DNA from: Neocallimastix sp. 'constans'
Taxonomy: Eukaryota
DNA length: 64,000 nucleotides
Direction: 5' to 3'
Assembly: GCA_050613775.1 (NCBI GenBank)
Contig: JBODTK010000118.1
Location: 310,001 to 374,000 of the forward strand
Notes under the pieces: model-generated
What the model saw: only the letters and a program-made list of their open reading frames with translations
Told to the model about the DNA's origin: nothing
The model's database searches: none
Shown: one piece after another, positions 1 to 11,600 of the stretch
Layout: the number at the start of each line of letters is the position of its first letter
How positions within the stretch are numbered: the stretch's first letter is position 1
Translations under genes and position numbers: made by a program

Positions 1-503
1 ATAATTTTATTTATAAATATATATATATATATTTCATAAAAATAACAATAAAATAATTATATATTTATTTTCTATAATATAATAAATATTTTTATATTTT
101 TATTTTTATTTTTATTTTTATTTTTATTTATTCTAATTCAAATAAAAAGGTTTTTTTTTTTTTTTTTTCTTTTATAGTTTTTTTTTTTTATTATTTTTTT
201 TTTTTTTTTAATATATAAATCGATTTTATTATTTAGTCTATAAATCTCTATTTTATAATTTAGTCTATAAATCTATTCTATAAGTTAAAATATCTATTTC
301 AATTTAACAATTTTTTTTTTTTTAAATATTTAATTTATACATTTTAAAGAAATTTTTTTTTCATATTAAAACAAATTGTTATTATCTATTTTTTTTTTTT
401 TTTTTTAAAAAAATTATTATTGATATTTTTATGTACTTGTTTATTATTATTATTTTTAATATTATTGATATCAATATATATTTGTTGATTTTTTTATTTT
501 TTT

Positions 504-538
<35 letters not shown>

Positions 539-542
539 TTTC

Positions 543-2570
543 TTAATTGTTAGTACATTTTTCTTTATTAATACCACACCAATGGTGATCTTCATATCCC
601 CAATCACCAGCAGCATCAGTTTCATAAACATTGCAAGAGGTTTCACAGCATGAATATCCATATTTAACAGACCAACAGGTTTCTGATGAACAGGTTGATG
701 GAATACCACACCAGTGACCTTCTTCGTATCCCCATTCTCCGTCTTCATCAGTTTCATAGACATGACATGAAGTTTGACAACAAGAATATCCTAATTTTTC
801 TGACCAGCAATCTTTAGAAGTTTCAACAGGTTCAATAGTTTCAACAGTTTTAGAAGGAGAGGAAGTAGCTTCAACAGTAGTAGTGCCACTAGTTTCAATT
901 TCAATATCAGCAACTGTGGTTGAAACAGTAGCGTCTTCTTTATCCTCATTTTCTTCTAAGTCATAACGATGTGGTGTATATTCATAATTTACAGGTTTAT
1001 TATTCTTTTCTGGATCAGCATTGTAAGATTCTTGCATAAAATCTTCCTTATCAAGATCAGGATAGTTATATTTTATAAAATCATCTGTATTAAAGTCGGT
1101 ACCATTAAAACCTACCTTATATTTGTTTTTGATACCCCAGAAGGAAACTTTTGGACGTGGTTCAATGAGTTCAAGTGTTTCTGGATCAATACCATAAGTA
1201 TGACAAATATACTTGAAACGACCTTCAATGAAGAATTTTAAAGATGGACTGTAAGTATAACTAGCATTGGAAATCCAATTACCATAGCTTACACCATCTT
1301 CAAAATGTGTTATATTCCAACCTGTAACAAGACCAATGGTATTAAAGCATCCCCTACAATATCCGGTTTTTTCATCAATAGAACGACTATTGGCCATATC
1401 ATCATGAATTAATTCGGCTAATTCATCAATACGGGCATTAAGAACCTTAGGGTTAAAGACTTGCTTAACTACTTCACCAATAATTCTACGGAAACGAGTA
1501 TCATCATCATGAACAAGATATTTCATTATCTTATGATCTAAATCAATATCACGGAATGCAGTATTTGGTACATACATTTCCTCATATCCTGGCATGTAAC
1601 TTCTGTCTGCGTATTGATTGTATATTAAGAATATAATGTTGCTAAAATCAGCACCAAACGTTTCATCAAAATCATTAAGAATCATGATAAAACGTCCATC
1701 TTCCTTTTTTTTATACCAGAAAAAGTTATGATTATAACCTAAGAAATGATCCCATGAAAGAGTAAGGAATTCATAAGCAATATATCTTAAAAAGTTATCA
1801 ACATCAAGTACCTTTTCAATATCTTCAACAGAGGTAGCATTATTTATGGCATTATTGAAATTTATAATTTCTTCCTTATTAGCTGCAAGTTCTTCTTTTG
1901 CATTTTGACAACTGTTAGCAAATTCATAGGTTTCAAATCTATTGTGATCCGATAAACATTCAAATAAATTATCAGTATTCTTATCATTAAAATATCTCTT
2001 AATAAAATCCTTTTTTATCTTGTTGGTGACAATAAAGAGACCAAGATCTTCTCCATTCACTTCTAAATTAACAAAGTTTGTAGAAGTTGTTGGAAGTCCC
2101 ATTTTGTAGAGCATATCAGTTGAAAGTTTTTCACGTAATAAAGTGGGGTCACGAGAATTAGAACGTAAACGAAGGTTTTTAACTTCATAAATTGAACCTT
2201 CTTCCAATTTAATATTATAACCTGGTTTAGAAAAATTTCTACTACCTTTACCACCAATAGCAAATTTAAATTTTCCAGATTCTAATTCGACTCTATAATC
2301 TGTTCCTGGAACGAAAAATTCCATAGTAGCATTCATTGTTTCAAAATCTTCAGCAAATTGGGCACTCCATGGAGGAACTTCTGTTTTTTTCTTCATGGAA
2401 GTCCAAATTTCATCATCTAAACTAATTTTAATAGTTCCAACTTTATCATCTAAAATTTTAAATAATTCAGGTCTATTATCATTCTTACCATAGAAATCAC
2501 TTCTTGAAGAGGCACTAACAAATGGAATACTCAATATTCCTAAAAGTGAATATATTTTATTAAATTTCAT
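543..2570 (-). CDS. cotH: Secreted CotH-family protein kinase with Thr/Ser/Glu linker and two C-terminal fungal dockerin (CBM10-like) domains, 675 aa, intronless
   Basis: Signal-peptide-like N-terminus [20 protein letters not shown]. CotH motifs [59 protein letters not shown]. Two dockerin repeats: [11 protein letters not shown]...WGYEEGHWCGI and CWSVKYGYSCC...WGYEDHHWCGI. Confidence 0.93.
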   Translation of the reverse strand: MKFNKIYSLLGILSIPFVSASSRSDFYGKNDNRPELFKILDDKVGTIKISLDDEIWTSMKKKTEVPPWSAQFAEDFETMNATMEFFVPGTDYRVELESGKFKFAIGGKGSRNFSKPGYNIKLEEGSIYEVKNLRLRSNSRDPTLLREKLSTDMLYKMGLPTTSTNFVNLEVNGEDLGLFIVTNKIKKDFIKRYFNDKNTDNLFECLSDHNRFETYEFANSCQNAKEELAANKEEIINFNNAINNATSVEDIEKVLDVDNFLRYIAYEFLTLSWDHFLGYNHNFFWYKKKEDGRFIMILNDFDETFGADFSNIIFLIYNQYADRSYMPGYEEMYVPNTAFRDIDLDHKIMKYLVHDDDTRFRRIIGEVVKQVFNPKVLNARIDELAELIHDDMANSRSIDEKTGYCRGCFNTIGLVTGWNITHFEDGVSYGNWISNASYTYSPSLKFFIEGRFKYICHTYGIDPETLELIEPRPKVSFWGIKNKYKVGFNGTDFNTDDFIKYNYPDLDKEDFMQESYNADPEKNNKPVNYEYTPHRYDLEENEDKEDATVSTTVADIEIETSGTTTVEATSSPSKTVETIEPVETSKDCWSEKLGYSCCQTSCHVYETDEDGEWGYEEGHWCGIPSTCSSETCWSVKYGYSCCETSCNVYETDAAGDWGYEDHHWCGINKEKCTNN

Positions 2571-2641
2571 TTTTTTTTTTTTTTTTATTATTGATTTACA
2601 AATTATATTTATATTTATATTTAATAAATAGATTTTAATTG

Positions 2642-2677
<36 letters not shown>

Positions 2678-5161
2678 TATTTTATTTATTATTTTAATTA
2701 TTTTAATTGTTTTTTTTTTCCTTTTTTATTTATTTTTTTTTTATTTTTATTTTGTTTTGTTTTTTTTATATTTATCTATACACATAAAATTTCTTTATTT
2801 ATTTTTTTTTTTTTTTTCTTATCACTTCGATATAAGATAACTACTCATTAATAAAAAATAAAATAAAATTATTATTATTATTTATTTTATTTAATACTTT
2901 AAAGAACTATTTATACTATTTATACTGTTTTAATTAATATTCTAAGAATGATATTATTGGATGCTATTAAAGTTATAAAATTGTATGTCATTATTAAAAT
3001 TGTAAACGTTAATCATTGAACACAATAAATTATTTTTTTTTTTATTTTTAAATTAAAATTTTATCTTTATTTTTTTTTTTTTTTTTTTTTTTTTTTTATC
3101 ATTCTAATTAATTTAATTTAAAAGTTATATATAATAATAATAAAATATATTTATTTTATGTATTCATTTATATAATATATATATTGATATATATGTATAT
3201 AAGCACAAATAAAATAAATAATAAACATCAACATCATATAAATAATTTAAAGTTATATTAAAAAAAAAAAAAAAAAAAAATTAATATAAAGTTATGTTTT
3301 AAAAAAAATATATTATAAAATATTAAACATATTTTAAATACAAATTAAATATAAATTAATATGTAATCTACTAGTCATAATTAAACATAAAAACATGTAA
3401 TTTTATCTGAACTTTAAATCTTTGTTATCATATCATATTCTAAATCGAACCAAGTTCTAGGTTGCCTTATATATTTTACTTGGTGATGTAGACATAATCT
3501 ACTAAATTACAATCATTCGGACGTTTATGCATGGGAAATTAAGAAATGGAAAAGCGCTCCGAGAAAAGACGTACTAAAAAAAAAAAATTCCTAACAATAA
3601 TATATATATTACAATGCTAAACACTCAGTAAGGCCTATATAGAAGTGTTATAACTACCTCAATATTCCCACACTTTCCCAAGGGGGCTGAAACTAAGGAT
3701 GGTATTCACCTATAAAAAAAAACACATATTCTATAAATAAATTTTTATTAATAAACAATCTTTTATATAAAATATAAATTTATTTAATGTATTCATTAAT
3801 ATATCTATATAAATCCAAATAAAATAAATTATAAATATATAAATAATAACATATATATAATAAATAATATATAAATAAATAATAAATAACAATTTAAAAC
3901 TTTTTAATTAGTCCTTTTTATTTTGTTTCGTTTATTATGTATAAAAAATATAATATATAAAAAAAATTTTTGACATATATATATTTCAATTAATATTTAA
4001 ACAATTATATCAATATATATTTTTAAATTAAAAAATATTTAAAGCATAAATATATATTGTATTATATTTGGCTATTTTTTTTTATTTATTATTTTTTTTT
4101 TTTTTTAAAAAAAATTTTTCAATATTAATTTAAATTTAATTTAGTACGTTACACATTTTTTTTAATTTAACTTTAGTTTTTATTTTTTCCTGTTCATCTT
4201 TGTATCAAATTTGTACAAATCAACTAAAAAGACTTTTATCTTTTTATATTTTTTTTTATATATTTAATAGGGGTTAATACTATATATTCATTTATTTTAA
4301 TATATATATATTTTTTTTTAATTTCATTTATTTTAATATATAGATTTTTTTAATTTCATTTAAAGCTTATTGAATAAAATTTAAATTTTTATTTATTTAT
4401 TAATATACTCATAACAATCTACCCATTCAATAAATGAATGGTAGTTAGAAAATATAGGATTTAAAACTATATCAAAAAATTTTGAGACAAATTATTAATC
4501 TTATATATTTGAAATAAAACATAAAATATAAACCTTAATTATTAATAAAACAATTTATTAATAATCACGTGTGAGCAAATTTACAAATTATGAAATTATG
4601 AGTATAACACGATGAAAAAAAGTGATTATAATAAATTTATGTTTTAGTTTATTATTATTATTTTATGTATGTAAATAATAAATTTATTATTATTATTTTT
4701 TTTTTTCATCGCTTGAAAATTTTTATTTATTATTTTAATATTTCTAATGAATTTATTATATTTTTATATAATATTTTACATATATATATTATATTATTTT
4801 TATAATACTTTTTATACTAAATATTTTAAATAGTTTAATAAAATCATATTAATTCTTTATATAGTAGTTTAATGTGAATTAAATCTATAAATGCTTCTTG
4901 CCAATTTAATTTACTTTAGTATGAACATAAAATAAAAATGTTTTAATAACTAATTAATAAAATTCCTCTCTAAAAGGGAATCAGTACCATAAGACTACAT
5001 CATATTTATTTATTGAATTATGAATAAATTATTTATTAATAATAATATATATTAATAAAAAAAATAATAATAATTATTTATATAGTTTAATTATTCGGGT
5101 ATTTTTTTTTTTCCATGTGAGCATTGATATTTGTAAAAAAAAAAAAAAATTAAGAAAAAGT

Positions 5162-5400
5162 AATATAAATATTGGGAAATTAAAAAGAGAAGCTGTAACA
5201 TAATTTAATAAATAAAAAAATATAAATGAAACAAAATTTAGAGATTTAATAAATGTTAAAAATTACATCCATATTTTATTGGGCCTCAAAAATAATTTGA
5301 AAAAAAGATATAGTGGTCCATCTTGAAATAAATTCTATCTTTAGAGCAACTTTAAAGAGTAAAACAAATTAATAACTAAGGTAGGATGAAATAGAATTGA
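5162..5400 (+). mobile_element. Possible decayed Ty3/gypsy integrase C-terminal (GPY/F-motif) fragment
   Basis: One frame from 5162 reads NINIGKLKREAVT*FNK*KNINETKFRDLINVKNYIHILLGLKNNLKKRYSGPS*. This resembles the F-x-x-GDLV...KL-x-x-RY-x-GP(Y/F) pattern, but has stops. Pattern recognition only. Confidence 0.3.
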
Positions 5401-5458
5401 AATTGAAATTTATGAACTCTAATTAATAATAAAATATTGCACATTAAATAATTATAAA

Positions 5459-5492
<34 letters not shown>

Positions 5493-6120
5493 GCACAATA
5501 AATAATATGATATAACCTTTATTGTAGCAAACAATAAATAATATTAAAAATAAAAAATTCATATATATAAAAAATTCATTAACGACAAAAAATTATTCAA
5601 AACAGAAAAAAAAATTATTAGTAGCTTAATTTTATAATATAATATTTATTTCATATTAATCTTATCTTTATAAAAAATATAACAAAATAAAATCAAAATT
5701 TTTTCAATCAAATTAAAATGATATGATAATTGAATATTTTTAAATATCCATTGAATAAATAACCTATTATACTTATCATTATATAAAAAATAATGACAAA
5801 TAATAATCATTAATAATAAAAAAAATTATAAAAAAGAAATATTTATAGCCTTTATTCATTAAATTAAATTTAAAATATATATATATATATATTTTAATCT
5901 TATTAATATATCATTGTAATATTATAATCAAACAAGTCTTGTTTTAATAATAATTTTTTTTTTTTTTTTTTTGAAAAATAAAAAAAGAAAAAAATAAAAA
6001 AAAGAAAAAAACTTTAATTTGAAATTTTTATTTTTTTAGATATATATATAATTAATAATATAATAATTATATTGTTAATTTGCTTCACTAACAATTATTT
6101 ATCATTTTTTATTTTATATA

Positions 6121-6510
6121 TTATAATGAATCAAATAATGATATTCTACCACTTATATCTTCTTTAAAGATATTTGCTCCTGAAGATATTAAATAATTTA
6201 CTAATTCTTTATTTCCACTATGATAGGCATCAAACAGTGGTGTTCTACCATTCTTATCTTCTTTATGGATATTTGCTCCTGAAGATATTAAATAACTTAC
6301 TAAATATTTATTTCCACTATGACAGGCATCAAATAGTGGTGTTCTACCATTCCTATCTTCTTTATGGATATTTGCCCCTAAAAGTATCAATCTTGACACT
6401 AATTCTTTATTTCCACTATGACAGGCATCAAATAATGTCATTCCATCACTCTCATCATAAAAATTTTTATATAGATTTTTCTTAATAGATTTATTATTTT
6501 GCATATACAT
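6121..6510 (-). CDS. Small ankyrin-repeat protein, 129 aa, three near-identical repeats
   Basis: Three 33-aa units of the type G(R/M)T(P)LFDACHSGNK-LV-YLI-SGANIHKED, encoded by 99-bp tandem units starting near 6144, 6243 and 6342. An upstream exon cannot be excluded. Confidence 0.8.
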   Translation of the reverse strand: MYMQNNKSIKKNLYKNFYDESDGMTLFDACHSGNKELVSRLILLGANIHKEDRNGRTPLFDACHSGNKYLVSYLISSGANIHKEDKNGRTPLFDAYHSGNKELVNYLISSGANIFKEDISGRISLFDSL

Positions 6511-7787
6511 ATTTTTAGATTTTCAATAATTCAAACTGTATATTACAAATAAAAAAAATTGTTTATTTACTTAAAACTATTATTTATATAATGATGACAA
6601 TTTTTTTTTATTTTATTTTATTTATTTTTTTTTTATTTCTAATTAAACAATTTATTTATAAAAAAAAAAAAATTAAATTAAATATATATATGTGTGTGTT
6701 TAATTATTAAAAATATTGAATTAAATAATAGTATATTCAAAAATAATTTTTATTATGCTTAAATTATAAAAAAAAGATAATAAAAAAAAAATAAATAAAA
6801 ATAAATAAACTAATAAATAAATATTAGTAATGTCCAAAATTCAGTGTCGTGTTAACCTAATATCTAATTTAAGTAATCTTTTAATAAAACTAATATCCAT
6901 AATAAATAAACATTATAAACAATATAAACATTAAAAAATAGTTAAAAATATGGACATAAATAATATAATTATGATTATATAATAGTATAGTTTAATTCAA
7001 TTCCATTTTTATTATTTATTATTTATTATTTATTAATTTTTTATATTTTTATTTTTTTTATTAAATATAAGATATATATTATAAATATATTTTGATAAAT
7101 GAAAAATATATATAGATTATTTAATTAAGATAATAATTATATAAAAAATAAAAAATAAAAGTTTATAAAATAAATATTTTAGATTTCAAATTATTATATT
7201 ATATACTCAATAAATAAAAAAATTAAATAATTCAAAAAAAAAAAAAAATATTATATAACTTTATTTAATATAATTATATAATTAAATAAATTTTAAATAT
7301 TATTTTTTTTTTTTAATAATGAAAAATTTTATATTTAACTTTTTTTTTTTTTATTTTATTTTAAAAGTTCACTATTCACAATAATTTTTTTTTTTATTTA
7401 ATTTTCTCTCTTTCCTCTATTTTGTTTTCGATATTTTCTTCATTGATTTTTTTTATAAATTATTTTTTCTTCTTACATATATATATTGTTTTTTTTTATT
7501 TTTTTTTTTTCAATTATAATAAATATAAAAAAAATATTAAATAATTTATTAATTATTCATTTTTATTATAATATTTTTCATATCTTCCAAATAATTTTTA
7601 AAAAAGTTTTTCGTATATATATAAGAGTAATGTATTTTAAAAATTAACAATTTAATAAATAATTAACACAAAGGACAAAGGATATTTTAAATTCATAAAA
7701 AATAAAATTATTTTTTTTATTTTATTTTATTTAGAATGTATAAAATTCTGTATAATAATTATGAAAATTGAATATCTATATATTTAC

Positions 7788-7830
<43 letters not shown>

Positions 7831-8490
7831 TACGATTTTCAAACAAAAAATAATAAAAAAAAAAAAAAAGAAAAAAAAAAAAAGAAAAAAGATAATTCAA
7901 GGAAAATTCTTATTTAATATTTTCTTGTTATAAATCATTTTTTTTTAAACATTTATACTTATTTTAACTTTTATTTTAATTTTTATTTTTATTTTAATTT
8001 TTATTTTTATTTTAATTTTTATTTTAATTCTTATTTTTATTATTATTTTTGTTTTTATTATTATTTTTGTTTTTGTTTTTGCTTTTGCTTTTGTTTCCGT
8101 TTTTTTTTTTTTTTTTTTTTTATTATTTTTATTTTTTTTTTTTTTTTTTTTTTTTTTTGTTTTTATAATAAATCTAAAATTTATATATCTATTTTCCATG
8201 AAATATATTTTTATATCTCTCATAAAAATAAATTTATATGTATTATATATTATATTTATATTAATTTAAATAAATTAACAAATTATTTTTTTTTTATTTT
8301 TTTTTTTTTTTTGGTTAAAAATTTTTCTAATGAATAAATAAATAGAAATAAATTATCTGAATCAATTTTAATGTTAACTATGGAAATAATATTATATCTA
8401 TTTCAATTTAATATTTTTTTTTAATTGTTTAATTTATATACTTAATAAATATTTTTTCTTACATTAAAAAAAATGTTGTTATCTAATTAT

Positions 8491-8660
8491 ATTTTACTTA
8501 AATATATTTTATAAGTATAATTTTATTTTACTTAAATATATTTTATAAGTATAATTTTATTTTACTTAAATATATTTTATAAGTATAATTTTATTTTACT
8601 TAAATATATTTTATAAGTATAATTTTATTTTACTTAAATATATTTTATAAATATAATTTT
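8491..8660. repeat. Tandem repeat, 5 x 34 bp, in the 3' flank of CotH copy 2
   Basis: Unit attttacttaaatatattttataagtataatttt at 8491, 8525, 8559, 8593 and 8627; the last copy has one substitution. Confidence 0.95.
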
Positions 8661-8769
8661 ATTTTTTATTTTTTATTTTATTTTATTTTATTTTATTTTA
8701 TTTTATTTTATTTTATTTTTTAATATTTAATATTTAATTTTTAATTTTTAATTATTAATTTTTTAAACT

Positions 8770-10665
8770 TTAATTTTTAGTGCACTTTTCTTTGAGAATA
8801 CCACACCATTGTTGATTTTCATATCCCCAATCCCCATTAGCATCAGATTCATAGACATCACAAGAAGTTTGACAACAAGAATATCCTAATTTTTCTGACC
8901 AGCAATCTTTAGAAGTTTCAACAGGTTCAATAGTTTCAACAGTTTCAGAAGGAGAGGAAGTAGCTTCAACAGTAGTAGTGCCACTAGTTTCAATTTCAAT
9001 ATCAGCAACTGTGGTTGAAACGGTAGCGTCTTCTTTATCTTTATTTTCTTCTAAGTCATAGCGATGTGGTGTATATTCATAATTTACAGGTTTATTATTC
9101 TTTTCTGGATCAGCATTGTAAGATTCTTGCATAAAATCTTCCTTATCAAGATCAGGATAGTTATATTTTATAAAATCATCTGTATTAAAGTCGGTACCAT
9201 TAAAACCTACCTTATATTTGTTTTTGATACCCCAGAAGGAAACTTTTGGACGTGGTTCAATGAGTTCAAGTGTTTCTGGATCAATACCATAAGTATGACA
9301 AATATACTTGAAACGACCTTCAATGAAGAATTTTAAAGATGGACTGTAAGTATAACTAGCATTGGAAATCCAATTACCATAGTTTACACCATCTTCAAAA
9401 TGTGTTATATTCCAACCTGTAACAAGACCAATGGTATTAAAGCATCCCCTACAATATCCGGTTTTTTCATCAATAGAACGACTATTGACCATATCATCAT
9501 GAATTAATTCGGCTAATTCATCAATACGGGCATTAAGAACCTTAGGGTTAAAGACTTGCTTAACTACTTCACCAATAATTCTACGGAAACGAGTATCATC
9601 ATCATGAACAAGATATTTCATTATCTTATGATCTAAATCAATATCACGGAATGCAGTATTTGGTACATACATTTCCTCACATCCTGGCATGTAACTTCTG
9701 TCTGCGTATTGATTGTATATTAAGAATATAATGTTGCTAAAATCAGCACCAAACGTTTCATCAAAATCATTAAGAATCATGATAAAACGTCCATCTTCCT
9801 TTTTTTTATACCAGAAAAAGTTATGATTATAACCTAAGAAATGATCCCATGAAAGAGTAAGGAATTCATAAGCAATATATCTTAAAAAGTTATCAACATC
9901 AAGTACCTTTTCAATATCTTCAACAGAGGTGGCATTATTTATGGCATTATTGAAATTTATAATTTCTTCCTTATTAGCTGCAAGTTCTTCTTTTGCATTT
10001 TGACAACTGTTAGCAAATTCATAGGTTTCAAATCTATTGTGATCCGATAAACATTCAAATAAATTATCAGTATTCTTATCATTAAAATATCTCTTAATAA
10101 AATCCTTTCTTATCTTGTTGGTGACGATATAGAGACCAAGATCTTCTCCATTCACTTCTAAATTAACAAAGTTTGTAGAAGTTGTTGGAAGTCCCATTTT
10201 GTAGAGCATATCAGTTGAAAGTTTTTCACGTAATAAAGTGGGGTCACGAGAATTAGAACGTAAACGAAGGTTTTTAACTTCATAAATTGAACCTTCTTCT
10301 AATTTAATATTATAACCTGGTTTAGAAAAATTTCTACTACCTTTACCACCAATAGCAAATTTAAATTTTCCAGATTCTAATTCGACTCTATAATCTGTTC
10401 CTGGAACGAAAAATTCCATAGTAGCATTCATTGTTTCAAAATCTTCAGCAAATTGGGCACTCCATGGAGGAACTTCTGTTTTTTTCTTCATAGAAGTCCA
10501 AATTTCATCATCTAAACTAATTTTAATAGTTCCAACTTTATCATCTAAAATTTTAAATAATTCAGGTCTATTATCATTCTTACCATAGAAATCACTTCTT
10601 GAAGAGGCACTAACAAATGGAATACTCAATATTCCTAAAAGTGAATATATTTTATTAAATTTCAT
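8770..10665 (-). CDS. cotH: Secreted CotH-family protein kinase with a single fungal dockerin, 631 aa, intronless; near-identical paralogue of 543..2570
   Basis: Same signal peptide and CotH motifs as copy 1, colinear at a constant offset of 8095 nt. One dockerin: [36 protein letters not shown]. Confidence 0.93.
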   Translation of the reverse strand: MKFNKIYSLLGILSIPFVSASSRSDFYGKNDNRPELFKILDDKVGTIKISLDDEIWTSMKKKTEVPPWSAQFAEDFETMNATMEFFVPGTDYRVELESGKFKFAIGGKGSRNFSKPGYNIKLEEGSIYEVKNLRLRSNSRDPTLLREKLSTDMLYKMGLPTTSTNFVNLEVNGEDLGLYIVTNKIRKDFIKRYFNDKNTDNLFECLSDHNRFETYEFANSCQNAKEELAANKEEIINFNNAINNATSVEDIEKVLDVDNFLRYIAYEFLTLSWDHFLGYNHNFFWYKKKEDGRFIMILNDFDETFGADFSNIIFLIYNQYADRSYMPGCEEMYVPNTAFRDIDLDHKIMKYLVHDDDTRFRRIIGEVVKQVFNPKVLNARIDELAELIHDDMVNSRSIDEKTGYCRGCFNTIGLVTGWNITHFEDGVNYGNWISNASYTYSPSLKFFIEGRFKYICHTYGIDPETLELIEPRPKVSFWGIKNKYKVGFNGTDFNTDDFIKYNYPDLDKEDFMQESYNADPEKNNKPVNYEYTPHRYDLEENKDKEDATVSTTVADIEIETSGTTTVEATSSPSETVETIEPVETSKDCWSEKLGYSCCQTSCDVYESDANGDWGYENQQWCGILKEKCTKN

Positions 10666-11279
10666 TTTTTTTTTTTATTTTTATTTATTTTTTTTTAAAA
10701 AAATATTTTTAAATTTATAAATAGTTTATTATATTTTTTTTTAATTTTATTAATGTTTTTTATTAATATTATTTTATTTATATCTTTCTAATTCTATATC
10801 TATATCTATATCTATATTATGATTTTGTAGTATTATTTTTTTTGTATTTATTTTTAATTATAATTATTATTTTTTTATGTCAATTTTGACATAAAAAAAA
10901 AAAAAAAAAAAAAAAGACTTTACTGAATTATATATACTATTTAATTTTAAATAAACCTTAAAATGATTAAGTGAAGTTTTTTTTTTTTTTTTTATTTTTC
11001 TATTTAAATAAATGTAGATCATTCACTGTGACAAACTTTAAAACTAAATTAATAAAATTAATAATTCTTTTTTTTTTTTTTTTTTTATTCATTTAAATTT
11101 TATTAAAATTTTTTTTTTTTAAGGTGACACTAAAAATAATATTTATATTATTACTATTTTAATATTTATAATTATTTCACAAAATAATTAAAAAGTTACA
11201 TAATACACTTAACATAAAAGAAAAAAATAAAATGATAATAAATAAATAATGAATAAATAAAAAATAAAAAATATTTGAA

Positions 11280-11600
11280 TAATAAATAATAAATATTAAA
11301 TAATAAATAATTAAATAATAAATAATAAATAATAAATAATGAATAAATAAAAAATAAAAAATATTTGAATAATAAATAATAAATAATAAATAATAAATAA
11401 TAAATAATAAATAATAAATAATAAATAATAAATAATAAATAATAAATAATAAATAATAAATAATAAATAATAAATAATAAATAATAAATAATAAATAATA
11501 AATAATAAATAATAAATAATAAATAATAAATAATAAATAATAAATAATAAATAATAAATAATAAATAAAAAAATAATAAATAATAAATAATAAATAATAA
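11280..11600. repeat. (TAATAAA)n heptamer microsatellite
   Basis: Long run of taataaa units; it explains the spurious YYLLFII ORF at 11196..11675. Confidence 0.95.

Noticed and set aside
494..2263. Short ORFs overlapping CotH copy 1 (494..763, 969..1241, 2063..2263), and 9064..9336 in copy 2
   Set aside because: Alternate-frame or antisense shadows of the CotH CDS; duplicated only because the host gene is.
3612..3640. atgctaaacactcagtaagg, loosely like the 5' end of U12 snRNA
   Set aside because: Only a partial match; the downstream conserved residues, Sm site and stems are not evident.
3675..3712. gggggctgaaac, reminiscent of a TPP riboswitch
   Set aside because: The remaining core (CCTGAT...TAAT...GCG.AGGGA) is absent, and no thiamine gene is adjacent.
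8491..8660. Repeat array considered as CRISPR
   Set aside because: Head-to-tail units with no spacers, eukaryotic context, no cas genes.
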